Notes under the pieces: generated by a model
Database searches by the model: none
Told to the model about the DNA's origin: nothing
What the model saw: the letters and a program-made list of their open reading frames with translations, nothing else
Shown: piece by piece, positions 1 through 9,259 of the stretch
How positions within the stretch are numbered: position 1 is the stretch's first letter
Layout: each line of letters begins with the position of its first letter
From: Oscillospiraceae bacterium
Lineage (GTDB): Bacteria > Bacillota > Clostridia > Oscillospirales > Acutalibacteraceae
NCBI GenBank assembly: GCA_015066065.1
Contig: SVPB01000001.1
Coordinates: 2,216 to 66,215, forward strand
Direction of reading: 5' to 3'
DNA: 64,000 bases
Made by a program: the position numbers and the translations under genes

Positions 1-1
1 T

Positions 2-1375
2 CGCCGTGACTATGCGGAAGAGCTGCTGCTGTTGATACGCAGCGGCCGCCCGCTGGTGGAATGGCGTGAACTGTTGCAGGAGTACCACGATAGCGATATA
101 GCGGATCTGTTAGAGGAGCTGACACCGGAAGAGCGTCGTCGTCTATACCGTGTGTTGGGCACCGAACGGATGAGTCAGGTGTTCACCTACCTGACGGATG
201 TGGGCACCTATATCGATGAGCTGGATCTTCAAAGTGCAGCTGACCTGATCGATGAGATGGACGCGGACGATGCGGTGGATCTGCTGGACGAGCTGGATAC
301 CGACAAGCGGCAGGAGCTGATCGAACTACTGGATGAGGATGTAGCGGAGGATATCCGTCTCATCGACTCCTACGACGACACCTGCATCGGCAGCCGTATG
401 ACTACCAACTATGTGGCCGTCGGCCGTGATCTGACGGTTAAGCAGGCCATGCGTTCCCTCATTCGGCAGGCGGCAGACAACGATAATATTTCCACCCTCT
501 TTGTACTGGAGAATGACGGAACCTTTTACGGAGCAATGGATCTAAAGGACCTTATTATTGCACGTGAGGATACCCCGCTGGAGGATCTGATCGTCACGTC
601 GTTCCCCTTTGTGTACGCCACCGAAAGCGTAGAGGAATGTATCGAAGAGCTCAAGGAATATTCCGAGGACTCCATTCCAGTTTTGGGAAAAGATAACCGT
701 CTCTTGGGCGTTATCACCGCCCACGATCTGGTGGAAGCGGTGGACGAGGAGCTGGGAGAGGATTATGCCCGTTTAGCCGGTCTGACCGAGCAGGACGATA
801 TGCGAGAGCCGCTGTTTAGCAGCTTGCGCAAGCGCATTCCCTGGCTATTGATCTTACTGCTCCTGAGCTTGGTGGTGTCCGGCGTGGTGACGGTATTCGA
901 ACCGGTGATGCAATCCCTGACTCTCATCACCTGCTTTCAATCCCTCATATTGGGCATGGCAGGCAACGTAGGCACCCAATCGCTGGCGGTGACCATCCGG
1001 GTGCTGATGGACGATAACCTGAGTGGCCGGGAGCAGCTGCAGCTGGTGTTCAAGGAGCTGCGTATCGGCTTGCTCAACGGCGGTGTACTAGGCGCTTTGT
1101 CGTTTGTGTGCATTGGTGTCTATATCTGGCTGATACAAGGAGAGACGTCGCTGTTTGCCTTTGCCGCCTCCGGCTGTATCGGTGTGTCACTTCTGCTGGC
1201 CATGGCGGTGGCCAGCTTGACCGGCACGGTGGTTCCTATCACCTTTAAGAAGATAGGGGTTGACCCGGCGGTGGCATCCGGTCCTCTTATCACCACCATT
1301 AATGACTTGGTGGCGGTGGTTACCTATTACGGCTTGGCATGGATATTATTGCTGCAGGTACTGCAGCTGGCATAA
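2..1375 (+). CDS. mgtE: Magnesium transporter MgtE (5' end upstream of window)
   Basis: Frame is open from nt 2 with no stop before the listed TTG at 32. Has an acidic helical N-domain, CBS-pair region and C-terminal multi-TM domain with GNVGTQS and PLITTINDL motifs. Confidence 0.9.
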   Translation, partial: RRDYAEELLLLIRSGRPLVEWRELLQEYHDSDIADLLEELTPEERRRLYRVLGTERMSQVFTYLTDVGTYIDELDLQSAADLIDEMDADDAVDLLDELDTDKRQELIELLDEDVAEDIRLIDSYDDTCIGSRMTTNYVAVGRDLTVKQAMRSLIRQAADNDNISTLFVLENDGTFYGAMDLKDLIIAREDTPLEDLIVTSFPFVYATESVEECIEELKEYSEDSIPVLGKDNRLLGVITAHDLVEAVDEELGEDYARLAGLTEQDDMREPLFSSLRKRIPWLLILLLLSLVVSGVVTVFEPVMQSLTLITCFQSLILGMAGNVGTQSLAVTIRVLMDDNLSGREQLQLVFKELRIGLLNGGVLGALSFVCIGVYIWLIQGETSLFAFAASGCIGVSLLLAMAVASLTGTVVPITFKKIGVDPAVASGPLITTINDLVAVVTYYGLAWILLLQVLQLA

Positions 1376-1399
1376 TGAATGTGTTTGGAGGAAGTCAAT

Positions 1400-2602
1400 A
1401 TGAATGTAGTCGTAGCGCAGTCTGGTGGTCCCACCAGCGTTATTAATGCCTCCTTGCTGGGGGTCTATCGCCAGGCCAAAGCATGGGATGCGGTAGATAC
1501 GGTCTACGGTTCTCTCAACGGTATCGAAGGGATCCTCAACGATAACCTGGTATCTCTCAATGAGGCGCTGGCTACGGATGAGACGATGGCATTACTGCGG
1601 CAGACACCGTCGGCGGCATTGCGCTCCTGCCGCCACAAGCTTCCTTCCTACGAGCAATCGCCTGAGGTGTACGAGAACATCCGCCGCACATTGGAGAAGC
1701 ACGATATCGGCGCTTTTTTCTATATCGGCGGTAATGATTCCATGGATACGGTACATAAGCTGTCTGCCTATTTTTCACTGGTGGATTGCCCCATCCGGGT
1801 GATGGGGGTGCCTAAGACGATCGATAATGACCTGATGGTCACCGACCACACGCCCGGCTATGGTTCAGCAGCCAAATTCGTGGCCACCACCATGCGTGAG
1901 ATCATCCGTGACTGCACCGTATACGATCTCAATTCTGTTACCATTGTAGAGATCATGGGCCGCGACACCGGCTGGCTGACTGCCGCGGCGGCTTTGCCTC
2001 GTCTCAATGGCGACACGGCACCGCATTTGGTCTACCTGCCGGAAGTGCCTTTCTCGGTGGATGCTTTTGTGGAGGATATACAACGCATCCAGCGGTATAG
2101 CCGGACGGTGGTAGTTGCTGTTTCTGAAGGGGTGGAGATCGACACCTTGGGGGATTATCAGTCCGGCAAGGTGGATAATTTTGGACATAAATACCTGTCC
2201 GGCATAGGTAAGTGCCTGGAAGATGTGGTGCGTGAACGCATCGGTTGCAAGGTGCGCTCCATTGAGCTTAATCTGCCTCAGCGTTGTGCGGCGCATGTCA
2301 GCTCCCTTACGGATGTGGAGGAGGCTGAGGGCGTAGGGGCGGCCGCCGTCCGTGCCGCCATGCAAGGGGTCACCGGGCACATGGCCATCATTCGCCGGGT
2401 AGGGGATACCCCTTACCGCGTGGATTTCGACCATATTCCTGTGTCTCAAGCTGCCAACGCTGTTAAATACGTGCCACGGGAATGGATCAACGAACAGGGG
2501 AATAACGTGACCGAGGAAGCATTGACGTATATCCGCCCGCTTATCCTCGGAGAACTGCCGGTGATCACCGAGAACGGTATGCCTAAGCATTTCACACTAT
2601 AA
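1400..2602 (+). CDS. pfk: 6-phosphofructokinase, probably PPi-dependent (Pfp-type)
   Basis: ATG at 1400 follows GGAGGA. Motifs: MNVVVAQSGGPTSVINAS, IGGNDS (Asp where ATP-PFK has GGDGS Gly) and PKTIDNDL. Confidence 0.85.
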   Translation: MNVVVAQSGGPTSVINASLLGVYRQAKAWDAVDTVYGSLNGIEGILNDNLVSLNEALATDETMALLRQTPSAALRSCRHKLPSYEQSPEVYENIRRTLEKHDIGAFFYIGGNDSMDTVHKLSAYFSLVDCPIRVMGVPKTIDNDLMVTDHTPGYGSAAKFVATTMREIIRDCTVYDLNSVTIVEIMGRDTGWLTAAAALPRLNGDTAPHLVYLPEVPFSVDAFVEDIQRIQRYSRTVVVAVSEGVEIDTLGDYQSGKVDNFGHKYLSGIGKCLEDVVRERIGCKVRSIELNLPQRCAAHVSSLTDVEEAEGVGAAAVRAAMQGVTGHMAIIRRVGDTPYRVDFDHIPVSQAANAVKYVPREWINEQGNNVTEEALTYIRPLILGELPVITENGMPKHFTL

Positions 2603-2624
2603 GATCCATAGACAAAACAAGTGT

Positions 2625-2660
2625 TTTTCGGGTGCTGTTTTCAGCACCCGAAAATTTTTT
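2625..2660 (+). terminator. Intrinsic terminator after pfk
   Basis: CGGGTGCTG / CAGCACCCG 9-bp stem, TTTT loop, followed by a T6 run. Confidence 0.8.
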
Positions 2661-2673
2661 GTAATCATTACAA
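2659..2673. promoter_or_regulatory. Per/Fur-type 7-1-7 operator (perfect palindrome TTGTAATCATTACAA)
   Basis: Perfect inverted repeat. It differs from the B. subtilis Per box TTATAATNATTATAA only at one symmetric position and sits just upstream of the -35 of the perR-like gene. Confidence 0.6.
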
Positions 2674-2680
2674 AAAACGC

Positions 2681-2709
2681 TTGACAAATTCAAAAAAGCA
2701 GTGTATTAT
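2681..2709 (+). promoter_or_regulatory. Sigma-A type promoter of perR-rbr
   Basis: TTGACA (2681-2686), 17-nt spacer, TATTAT (2704-2709). Confidence 0.6.
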
Positions 2710-2713
2710 ATGC

Positions 2714-2728
2714 TTGTAATCGATACAA
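2714..2728. promoter_or_regulatory. Second Per-box-like operator TTGTAATCGATACAA
   Basis: Imperfect 7-1-7 repeat immediately downstream of the -10. A third, weaker GTAACGATTAC lies at 2733-2743. Confidence 0.45.
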
Positions 2729-2758
2729 ACAAGTAACGATTACAGAAAGGAGGGAGCT

Positions 2759-3178
2759 ATGACACAGGAGCAGATGGCTCGGTTGCTGACAGAGAGGGGG
2801 GTACGCCCCACACAGCAGCGTTTAGCTGTATACGACTATCTGCTGCAGCATCGGACGCACCCTTCTGCCGAAGCGGTGTACAAAGCATTGGTTGTGCATC
2901 ATCCCACCTTCTCGCGTACCACGGTGTACAACTCACTGCACGCACTGGTCAAAGCCGGCTTGGTGCAGGAGTTATCCTTGGGAACAGAGGAGAAGCATTA
3001 CGACGGAGATGCCTCTCTGCATGGTCACTTCTATTGTTGCGGCTGTAGTCAGATCTATGATTTTCCTCTGCAAGAGGAAGCGATTAACGCTCTGCAACCC
3101 GATGGGTTTAAGGTTTATGGCAGAGCGATTCACTTCAGCGGATTTTGTTCCGCCTGCGGCAAGGCCGCATCCACTTAG
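2759..3178 (+). CDS. perR: Fur-family peroxide-responsive repressor (PerR-like)
   Basis: Fur-family winged helix (RPTQQRLAVYDYL), HGH and two CxxC pairs. Adjacent to rubrerythrin and preceded by Per boxes. Confidence 0.8.
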   Translation: MTQEQMARLLTERGVRPTQQRLAVYDYLLQHRTHPSAEAVYKALVVHHPTFSRTTVYNSLHALVKAGLVQELSLGTEEKHYDGDASLHGHFYCCGCSQIYDFPLQEEAINALQPDGFKVYGRAIHFSGFCSACGKAAST

Positions 3179-3231
3179 TCGGTAATACCCTTGATCATAT
3201 TAATTAACTAATGAATTTGGAGGAAAGAATT

Positions 3232-3774
3232 ATGAAAAAGTTTGTTTGCAGTGTTTGCGGTTATGTCCACACCGGTGATGAGGCTCCGGAGTCCTGCCCC
3301 GTTTGTAAGGTTGGTAAGGAGAAGTTTAACGAGCAGGTAGGGGAGCGCTCCTGGGCGGCTGAGCACGTGGTTGGCGTTGCTAAGGGTGTGGATCCCGAGA
3401 TCATCGAGGGCCTGCGTGCCAACTTTGAGGGTGAGTGCTCCGAGGTGGGCATGTATCTCGCCATGGCCCGTGTAGCCCATCGCGAGGGCTACCCCGAGAT
3501 CGGCCTGTATTGGGAGAAGGCCGCTTATGAGGAGGCAGAGCACGCCGCTAAGTTTGCGGAGCTGCTGGGTGAGGTCGTGACCGACAGCACCAAGAAGAAT
3601 CTGGAGATGCGTGTGGATGCCGAAAACGGCGCCACCGCTGGTAAGTTTGAGTTGGCTAAGCGTGCTAAGGAGCTGGGTCTGGATGCCATCCACGATACGG
3701 TCCACGAGATGGCCCGCGACGAAGCGAGACACGGCAAGGCATTTGAGGGCCTGCTGGCACGGTACTTTAAGTGA
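3232..3774 (+). CDS. rbr: Reverse rubrerythrin (N-terminal rubredoxin-like Cys4 plus diiron ferritin-like domain)
   Basis: ATG 3232 follows GGAGGAAA. CSVCGY...CPVCKV precedes the ExxH diiron helices ([18 protein letters not shown]). Confidence 0.9.
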   Translation: MKKFVCSVCGYVHTGDEAPESCPVCKVGKEKFNEQVGERSWAAEHVVGVAKGVDPEIIEGLRANFEGECSEVGMYLAMARVAHREGYPEIGLYWEKAAYEEAEHAAKFAELLGEVVTDSTKKNLEMRVDAENGATAGKFELAKRAKELGLDAIHDTVHEMARDEARHGKAFEGLLARYFK

Positions 3775-3780
3775 TGCGTG

Positions 3781-3808
3781 AAAGGGGGCCGGTACCGGCC
3801 CCCTTTTT
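3781..3808 (+). terminator. Intrinsic terminator after rbr
   Basis: GGGGGCCGG / CCGGCCCCC stem followed by TTTTT. Confidence 0.8.
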
Positions 3809-3859
3809 GCCACTATGGTTCGGGTTAGCCGTGTCACCTTATGATCGGAGGAATGAACG

Positions 3860-4255
3860 ATGAAAAAGGTTTGGTCTTTAGCTTTGGTTTTTCTATTGCT
3901 CATTGCTCTTTCTGCTTGTGGTCAAGCGACGGCTGACCCTGCGGCAGTGCCGGCACCATCTGATAACGACGTCCCTGCGTCCACCGAGGTGCCCACCACC
4001 ACTACGACGGTGACACCCCCCACCACGGGTACGCCGACCGTCCACACCATCAGCCGTGACCGGGCGGTTGCGATCGCTTTGCAAGCGGCCGGTTTGACTC
4101 AAGAGCAGGTGTTCGACCTGGATGCGGAGCTGGATTGGGAACGCAAGATGATATATTGGGAGGTAGACTTCGAGACCCGGGAGTACGAGTACTCCTACTA
4201 TATCAACGCCGATAACGGTACCGTCGTGCGTTCGGACAAGGAGCCTAATGATTAA
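3860..4255 (+). CDS. PepSY-domain lipoprotein
   Basis: Signal peptide with lipobox LSAC, Thr/Pro-rich linker, PepSY-like C-terminal domain (ISRDRAVAIAL...YYINADNGTVV). Confidence 0.75.
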   Translation: MKKVWSLALVFLLLIALSACGQATADPAAVPAPSDNDVPASTEVPTTTTTVTPPTTGTPTVHTISRDRAVAIALQAAGLTQEQVFDLDAELDWERKMIYWEVDFETREYEYSYYINADNGTVVRSDKEPND

Positions 4256-4267
4256 ACGTAAATGAAA

Positions 4268-4298
4268 GAAGCCGCCGGTTTGCCCGGCGGCTTCTTTT
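4268..4298 (+). terminator. Intrinsic terminator
   Basis: GAAGCCGCCGG / CCGGCGGCTTC 11-bp stem plus TTTT. Confidence 0.8.
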
Positions 4299-4354
4299 CG
4301 TCGGTAGGTCTTTTGACGAGCATCATCGCATATGGTATAAGGGAGGTGAAGGCG

Positions 4355-4651
4355 ATGATTGCTCGCATTACGGACATGCACGATAAAGAGGTCATCAACA
4401 TAAGTGACGGTATGCGCTTGGGCTTTGTGGACGACGTAGAGGTGGATACCTGTACGGCTCAGGTGGTGGCTATCGTTATATTTGGTAAAGGGAAATGCTT
4501 CGGCCTTTTTGGCCGTGACAAGGACATCGTTATCAGCTGGAAGCAGATCGAGGTCATAGGGGAGGAGACGATACTGGTGAACTTTGATCACGGTGGCTGT
4601 TGTTGCCCCACCAAGAAAGGTCCGCAGATCCTCGGCGGTCTTTTTAGGTAA
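4355..4651 (+). CDS. ymxH: YlmC/YmxH-family PRC-barrel sporulation protein
   Basis: ATG 4355 follows GGGAGG. MIARITDMHDKEVINISDGMRLGFVDDVEVD matches the YlmC/YmxH pattern. Confidence 0.8.
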   Translation: MIARITDMHDKEVINISDGMRLGFVDDVEVDTCTAQVVAIVIFGKGKCFGLFGRDKDIVISWKQIEVIGEETILVNFDHGGCCCPTKKGPQILGGLFR

Positions 4652-4680
4652 AAAAGTTTGCAAAAAATGCAAAAAAGTTC

Positions 4681-4709
4681 TTGCTTTTTTATTGTATAAG
4701 TGGTATACT
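4681..4709 (+). promoter_or_regulatory. Sigma-A promoter of rpsB-tsf
   Basis: TTGCTT, 17-nt spacer, TGgTATACT (extended -10). Confidence 0.6.
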
Positions 4710-4820
4710 GTTACGGCAAAACGCACGCGAGAGCCAACATAGGCGACCGGTGCCGCATCCGGATGTACCGGACGGTGGCCGTCTGTGCTCGCGGAGGTAA
4801 AACCAAGGAGGAATTTTATT

Positions 4821-5564
4821 ATGGCAGTTATCTCTATGAAACAGTTGCTGGAAGCCGGTGTCCACTTCGGTCACCAGACCCGCCGCTGGAACCCCAAGAT
4901 GGCCCCCTACATCTTCACCGAGCGCAATGGTATCTATATCATTGACCTCCAGAAGACCGTCCGTAAGCTGGAGGAGGCGTACATGTTCGTGCGCGATCTG
5001 TCCGCTGAGGGCAAGGAGGTACTGTTTGTCGGCACCAAGAAGCAGGCGCAGGACTCCATCCGTGAGGAAGCCGTCCGTGCCGGCGCTCACTTTGTCAACG
5101 CTCGTTGGCTGGGTGGTATGCTGACCAACTTCCGCACCATCCGTGGTCGTATTGCCCGTCTGAACCAGCTCAAGGCGATGGAGTCTGACGGCACCTTCGA
5201 TCTGCTTCCCAAGAAGGAAGTGGTCAAGCTCAACCACGAGATCGAGAAGCTGGAGAAGTTCCTGGGCGGCATCAAGGAGATGAAGGCTCTGCCCGGCGCT
5301 CTGTTCATTGTTGATCCCCGTAAGGAGAAGATCGCGGTTGCTGAAGCTAAGAAGCTGGGCATCCCGGTGGTTGCCATCGTGGATACCAACTGCGATCCCG
5401 ACGATGTGGATTATGTTATCCCCGGTAACGACGACGCTATCCGCGCCGTGAAGCTGATCGCTTCCTGTATGGCCGATGCTATCATCGAGGGTCACCAGGG
5501 CGAGCAGGGCGAGGCCGCCGCTGAGGAGGCTCCCGCCGAGGCGGAGGAAGCCGCTGCGGAATAA
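4821..5564 (+). CDS. rpsB: 30S ribosomal protein S2
   Basis: [37 protein letters not shown] upstream. Confidence 0.97.
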   Translation: MAVISMKQLLEAGVHFGHQTRRWNPKMAPYIFTERNGIYIIDLQKTVRKLEEAYMFVRDLSAEGKEVLFVGTKKQAQDSIREEAVRAGAHFVNARWLGGMLTNFRTIRGRIARLNQLKAMESDGTFDLLPKKEVVKLNHEIEKLEKFLGGIKEMKALPGALFIVDPRKEKIAVAEAKKLGIPVVAIVDTNCDPDDVDYVIPGNDDAIRAVKLIASCMADAIIEGHQGEQGEAAAEEAPAEAEEAAAE

Positions 5565-5600
5565 TCCCGATCATCAATACTTGACAGGAGGAACAATATC

Positions 5601-6524
5601 ATGGCTTTTACCAGTAAAGATGTTATGGCGCTGCGTGAGAAGACCGGCGTTGGTATGATGGATTGCAAGAAGGCTCTGCAGGAGTCCGACGGCGATATGG
5701 AGAAGGCGATCGACTACCTGCGCGAGAAGGGTCTGGCCAAGCAGGCCAAGAAGGCTTCCCGTGTGGCTGCCGAGGGTATGGCTTACGCCGTAGCCGATAT
5801 CGACAAGAAGGTCGGTGTGGTCGTGGAGGTCAACTCCGAGACCGACTTTGCCGCTAAGAGCGACAAGTTTATCGAGTTTGTACAGCAGGTTGCCCAGGTT
5901 ATCATGGACAAGGCTCCTGCCGACGTGGATGCCCTGATGGCTTGTGACGCCGGCAACGGCCAGACGCTGGCTGACGTGCTGCGTGACAAGGTCATGGTCA
6001 TCGGTGAGAACCTGAGTGTACGCCGTTTTGTCCGCTACGAGGGCGATTGCGTTGCCTACGTGCACGGCGGTGGCCGTATCGGTGTTCTGGTTAAGTTCGA
6101 CGCAGATGCCGCTGCTTCCGGCTCCGACGCTCTGGTGGAGTGCGGTAAGGACGTGGCCATGCAGATTGCGGCTCTTAACGCTCCTTACCTGAACGAGGCT
6201 TCTGTGCCTGCCGATGTGGTGGCTCACGAGAAGGAAGTGCAGCTCGCTCTGATGAAGAACGATCCCAAGAACGCCAACAAGCCGGAGAACATTCTGGAGA
6301 AGATGATCACCGGTAAGATGCGCAAGTACTTCGAGGAAGTTTGCCTCGTTAACCAGGCTTTCGTGAAGGACGGTAACCTGACCGTTGGTCAGTACGTGGA
6401 GCAGCAGGCTAAGGCCGCCGGCGGCGCTATGACTCTGGCTTCCTTCGTCCGCTACGAGAAGGGCGAGGGCCTGCAGAAGCGCGAGGATGACTTCGCCAGC
6501 GAAGTTGCCTCCATGATGAAATAA
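5601..6524 (+). CDS. tsf: Elongation factor Ts
   Basis: UBA-like N-terminus (VMALREKTGVGMMDCKKAL) and EF-Ts dimerisation domains. Follows rpsB. Confidence 0.97.
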   Translation: MAFTSKDVMALREKTGVGMMDCKKALQESDGDMEKAIDYLREKGLAKQAKKASRVAAEGMAYAVADIDKKVGVVVEVNSETDFAAKSDKFIEFVQQVAQVIMDKAPADVDALMACDAGNGQTLADVLRDKVMVIGENLSVRRFVRYEGDCVAYVHGGGRIGVLVKFDADAAASGSDALVECGKDVAMQIAALNAPYLNEASVPADVVAHEKEVQLALMKNDPKNANKPENILEKMITGKMRKYFEEVCLVNQAFVKDGNLTVGQYVEQQAKAAGGAMTLASFVRYEKGEGLQKREDDFASEVASMMK

Positions 6525-6539
6525 GCTTCTAACATCGCA

Positions 6540-6577
6540 AAAACGCCGAAAGCAATCTTGCTTTCGGCGTTTTTTTG
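6540..6577 (+). terminator. Intrinsic terminator after tsf
   Basis: ACGCCGAAAGCA / TGCTTTCGGCGT 12-bp stem plus T7. Confidence 0.85.
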
Positions 6578-6583
6578 TAAAAT

Positions 6584-6615
6584 AAAAGGGCATCACCCAC
6601 GGGTGATGCCCTTTT
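6584..6615 (-). terminator. Terminator of the minus-strand beta-helix gene
   Basis: GGGCATCACCC / GGGTGATGCCC stem flanked by A4/T4 runs, 3 nt past the stop codon. Confidence 0.7.
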
Positions 6616-6618
6616 AGC

Positions 6619-8364
6619 TTATTGGACGGTGATATCCTCGCACGCCTCCGTCACGGGTGCGATGGACTGGGTAAAGTTGCCGATCCATTCGTTATCCTTT
6701 ATGGTGGTGGCGGTGCAGTTTTTGAGACGAATATACCCCTCAGCGGCGTGCCACCGTTCTGCCGACGGACTGCGGAAGATCCGGTTATCGGTAAACCGCA
6801 GGTCGGTGGTGGCATAGGCATACAGCGCCGGAGTATCCGCCACGTCAAAGGTGTTGTGATGGATGCGCACGTGCTTGTGATAAGGCTTAGCGTTATCGGG
6901 CTGAGGCACGATGGGGCAAAGACTGATGACTCCTTCGCAGAACTGGTAGTCGGAGGTCAGACACGCATCGGTAAACACGTTGTTACGGATCTCCACGTCG
7001 TTACATTCGCCGGACTCGAACCAGTAGTTGGAGTCGCCGGCTACCAGGATAGCGGAGCCGGAGGACTCAAAGTAGTTATCGGCGATAAGCACCGGCTTGG
7101 GGGTGGACACCAGGATGCCACGGGCACGGCAGCTGCCAAAGCGGTTTTTGGTGCATACAAAGGCGGCGGTGTTGGTCAGATTATCCAGCGCCAGAGCGTC
7201 CCCCTTCTTCGCCAGCTCCAGCACCTCGTCGGGCAGGGGAGCCGTAAACGAAAGGCGGAAGGTGTCGATCTGCTCCAGATCGTATTCCGCCACCGTGGCG
7301 GTGTGGATGCGATGCATGCTGCCCCGTTCAATGAAAGCGATCTCGTCACCGGGCTTCGCCCAGTACCGGAATCCCATAGCCTGCTTGTGACGGTACTTAC
7401 ACCGCAGCTCCGTGCTGTTGACCACCTCGTCCGAGGTGACACAGCAGCCGTGTACGTTGATGGGATCATCCATCAGCCCCAGGAAGGTGGACTCGGTGAT
7501 GGTTACGGTGCCGGAGTTACAGGTGATGTGCATACCGTCATCCCGTCCGTTGGTGACCAACCGCCCGGCCGCACGGTCGGGGACGAAGTGCATCCCTCGG
7601 AAGGTCAGGTTATGACAGAACTGTGCCAGACATCCCAATCCACCGCAGGAGTGTACCGTGATGTTTTCAAAGGTAAGGTCACGGCATCGCTCGGAGAAGA
7701 TGCCGGCGTGCCGGCGGTAGTTATGCCGCAATACCAGGATATCGCCTACCGCCAACGGAAAGTCCTTACTGCGCTCCATCCGATAGATGTTGTTGCCCAA
7801 CTCTTTGGTGGCCATGGGGAAGAAGCAGTCGCCGGTGGCACGACGCACCTTGCGTGAATGCGGCTCGTAGATGATGATGGCCGGGCAGATGGGATACCAC
7901 TCGTCTGCCCCGATATCAAATTCCAGCTTTCCGTCGGTGAGACGGTGGGGGAATGCCGTTGGGTCGATGTACATATCCACATATGTGTCGGAGAAACCGG
8001 TGACAATTCCCTCGGCTACCATGGGCTTCTTCCAATTAATCGTAAAGTTCTCCACCTTTACATCAGAACAGCTATCCAGCGTAAAGGGCTGCATGTGCCC
8101 TTCAAACCATAGGCGAGCGCCATTACCCAGCAGGGCGCAGTTTTCCATCTCCTTAAGCCACAGGCCCAGGGTGCGCACCGGATAGACGTCCGAGTTAGAG
8201 ATGCGATAGTCCACCTGCATCTCCGGATGGGGTTTGAAAAAGTAGTCGGCGTTTTCAAATACAAACGTGGTGTCTTTTTTGTGTTCTTTCATCAGCGCAG
8301 CTAATGAGAGGGTAATATCGGCACCGGGGACAATGCCCACTTCCTTGAGACGGATCGTATTCAT
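6619..8364 (-). CDS. Right-handed parallel beta-helix repeat protein (putative cytoplasmic glycosidase/lyase)
   Basis: ATG at 8364 follows GGAGA. The 581-aa product has no signal peptide. Reiterated about 22-25-aa segments fit the PbH1 pattern (CHNLTFRGMHF, NSGTVTITESTF, DVEIRNNVF, HVRIHHNTF, DLRFTDNRIF). Confidence 0.65.
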   Translation of the reverse strand: MNTIRLKEVGIVPGADITLSLAALMKEHKKDTTFVFENADYFFKPHPEMQVDYRISNSDVYPVRTLGLWLKEMENCALLGNGARLWFEGHMQPFTLDSCSDVKVENFTINWKKPMVAEGIVTGFSDTYVDMYIDPTAFPHRLTDGKLEFDIGADEWYPICPAIIIYEPHSRKVRRATGDCFFPMATKELGNNIYRMERSKDFPLAVGDILVLRHNYRRHAGIFSERCRDLTFENITVHSCGGLGCLAQFCHNLTFRGMHFVPDRAAGRLVTNGRDDGMHITCNSGTVTITESTFLGLMDDPINVHGCCVTSDEVVNSTELRCKYRHKQAMGFRYWAKPGDEIAFIERGSMHRIHTATVAEYDLEQIDTFRLSFTAPLPDEVLELAKKGDALALDNLTNTAAFVCTKNRFGSCRARGILVSTPKPVLIADNYFESSGSAILVAGDSNYWFESGECNDVEIRNNVFTDACLTSDYQFCEGVISLCPIVPQPDNAKPYHKHVRIHHNTFDVADTPALYAYATTDLRFTDNRIFRSPSAERWHAAEGYIRLKNCTATTIKDNEWIGNFTQSIAPVTEACEDITVQ

Positions 8365-8534
8365 AGGATATCTCCTTCCACAACAGTTACGATCATTATA
8401 CCATTGATTGCTTATATTGGCAATCAAAAACTTCACAAAATTTTCCTTAAAATCTTCATGGAACATCTTTACAGATACGTAGAATTTTTGTATAATAGAT
8501 GAGAAATAATTCGGTGAAAGGATGTTGGCTCATT

Positions 8535-9239
8535 ATGCAACCTAAGTACAAGCGCATTCTTCTCAAGCTCAGCGGCGAGGCTATGGCCGGCCCTGCTCAT
8601 ACCGGCCTTGATTTTGATACGGTTCTTCACATCTGTCAATATGTTAAGGAGGCCGCCTCTTTAGGCACCGAGATCGCCATCGTGGTGGGCGGCGGCAACT
8701 TCTGGCGTGGCCGTTCCAGCGGTAAGATGGACCGCACCCGTGCGGATCACATGGGCATGCTGGCTACCACCATCAATGCTCTCGGCCTGGCGGATGCGCT
8801 GGAGCAGCTGGGCTGCGAGGTGCGTGTACAGACCGCTATCGCCATGAATGAGATTGCCGAGCCCTATATCCGCAACCGGGCGGTGCGACATCTCGAGAAG
8901 GGCCGCATCGTGATTTTTGGCTGTGGTACCGGTAATCCCTTCTTCTCTACCGACACGGCCGCTGCACTGCGTGCCGCTGAGATTGAAGCGGACGTTATCT
9001 TTAAGGCGAGTATGGTGGATGGCATCTATGATAGCGATCCTCATAAGAATCCGGATGCCAAGAAGTTTGATCACCTGACCTACATGGATGTGCTTAACAA
9101 GGATCTTAAGGTCATGGATTCCACTGCGGCTACCTTGTGCAAGGATAACGGCATTTCATTATTGGTCTTTAACCTGGAAGACCCCGAAAATATCGTGCGT
9201 GCCGTGAAGGGCGAAGCCATCGGCACCGTGGTTGACTAA
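8535..9239 (+). CDS. pyrH: UMP kinase
   Basis: [13 protein letters not shown] and GGGNFWRG motifs. Confidence 0.96.
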   Translation: MQPKYKRILLKLSGEAMAGPAHTGLDFDTVLHICQYVKEAASLGTEIAIVVGGGNFWRGRSSGKMDRTRADHMGMLATTINALGLADALEQLGCEVRVQTAIAMNEIAEPYIRNRAVRHLEKGRIVIFGCGTGNPFFSTDTAAALRAAEIEADVIFKASMVDGIYDSDPHKNPDAKKFDHLTYMDVLNKDLKVMDSTAATLCKDNGISLLVFNLEDPENIVRAVKGEAIGTVVD

Positions 9240-9259
9240 TCGACGTAAGGAGAATGGAT

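Noticed and set aside
3179-3231. Possible additional Per box (ATTAATTAACTAAT) between perR and rbr.
   Set aside because: It is AT-rich but matches the 7-1-7 consensus poorly and is not a clean palindrome. I could not distinguish it from ordinary AT-rich spacer sequence.
5574-6596. Long antisense or alternate-frame ORFs inside well-supported genes. Examples: 5574-6596, 6622-7857, 11267-12292, 16679-18358, 20959-21903, 36602-37858, 40634-42034, 42216-43253, 43445-44338, 44400-45401, 47271-48857, 52152-52787, 59462-61306.
   Set aside because: These are shadow ORFs typical of GC-rich coding DNA. They show biased low-complexity composition (R/G/H/L-rich), have no RBS, and each is fully overlapped by a gene with clear family motifs.
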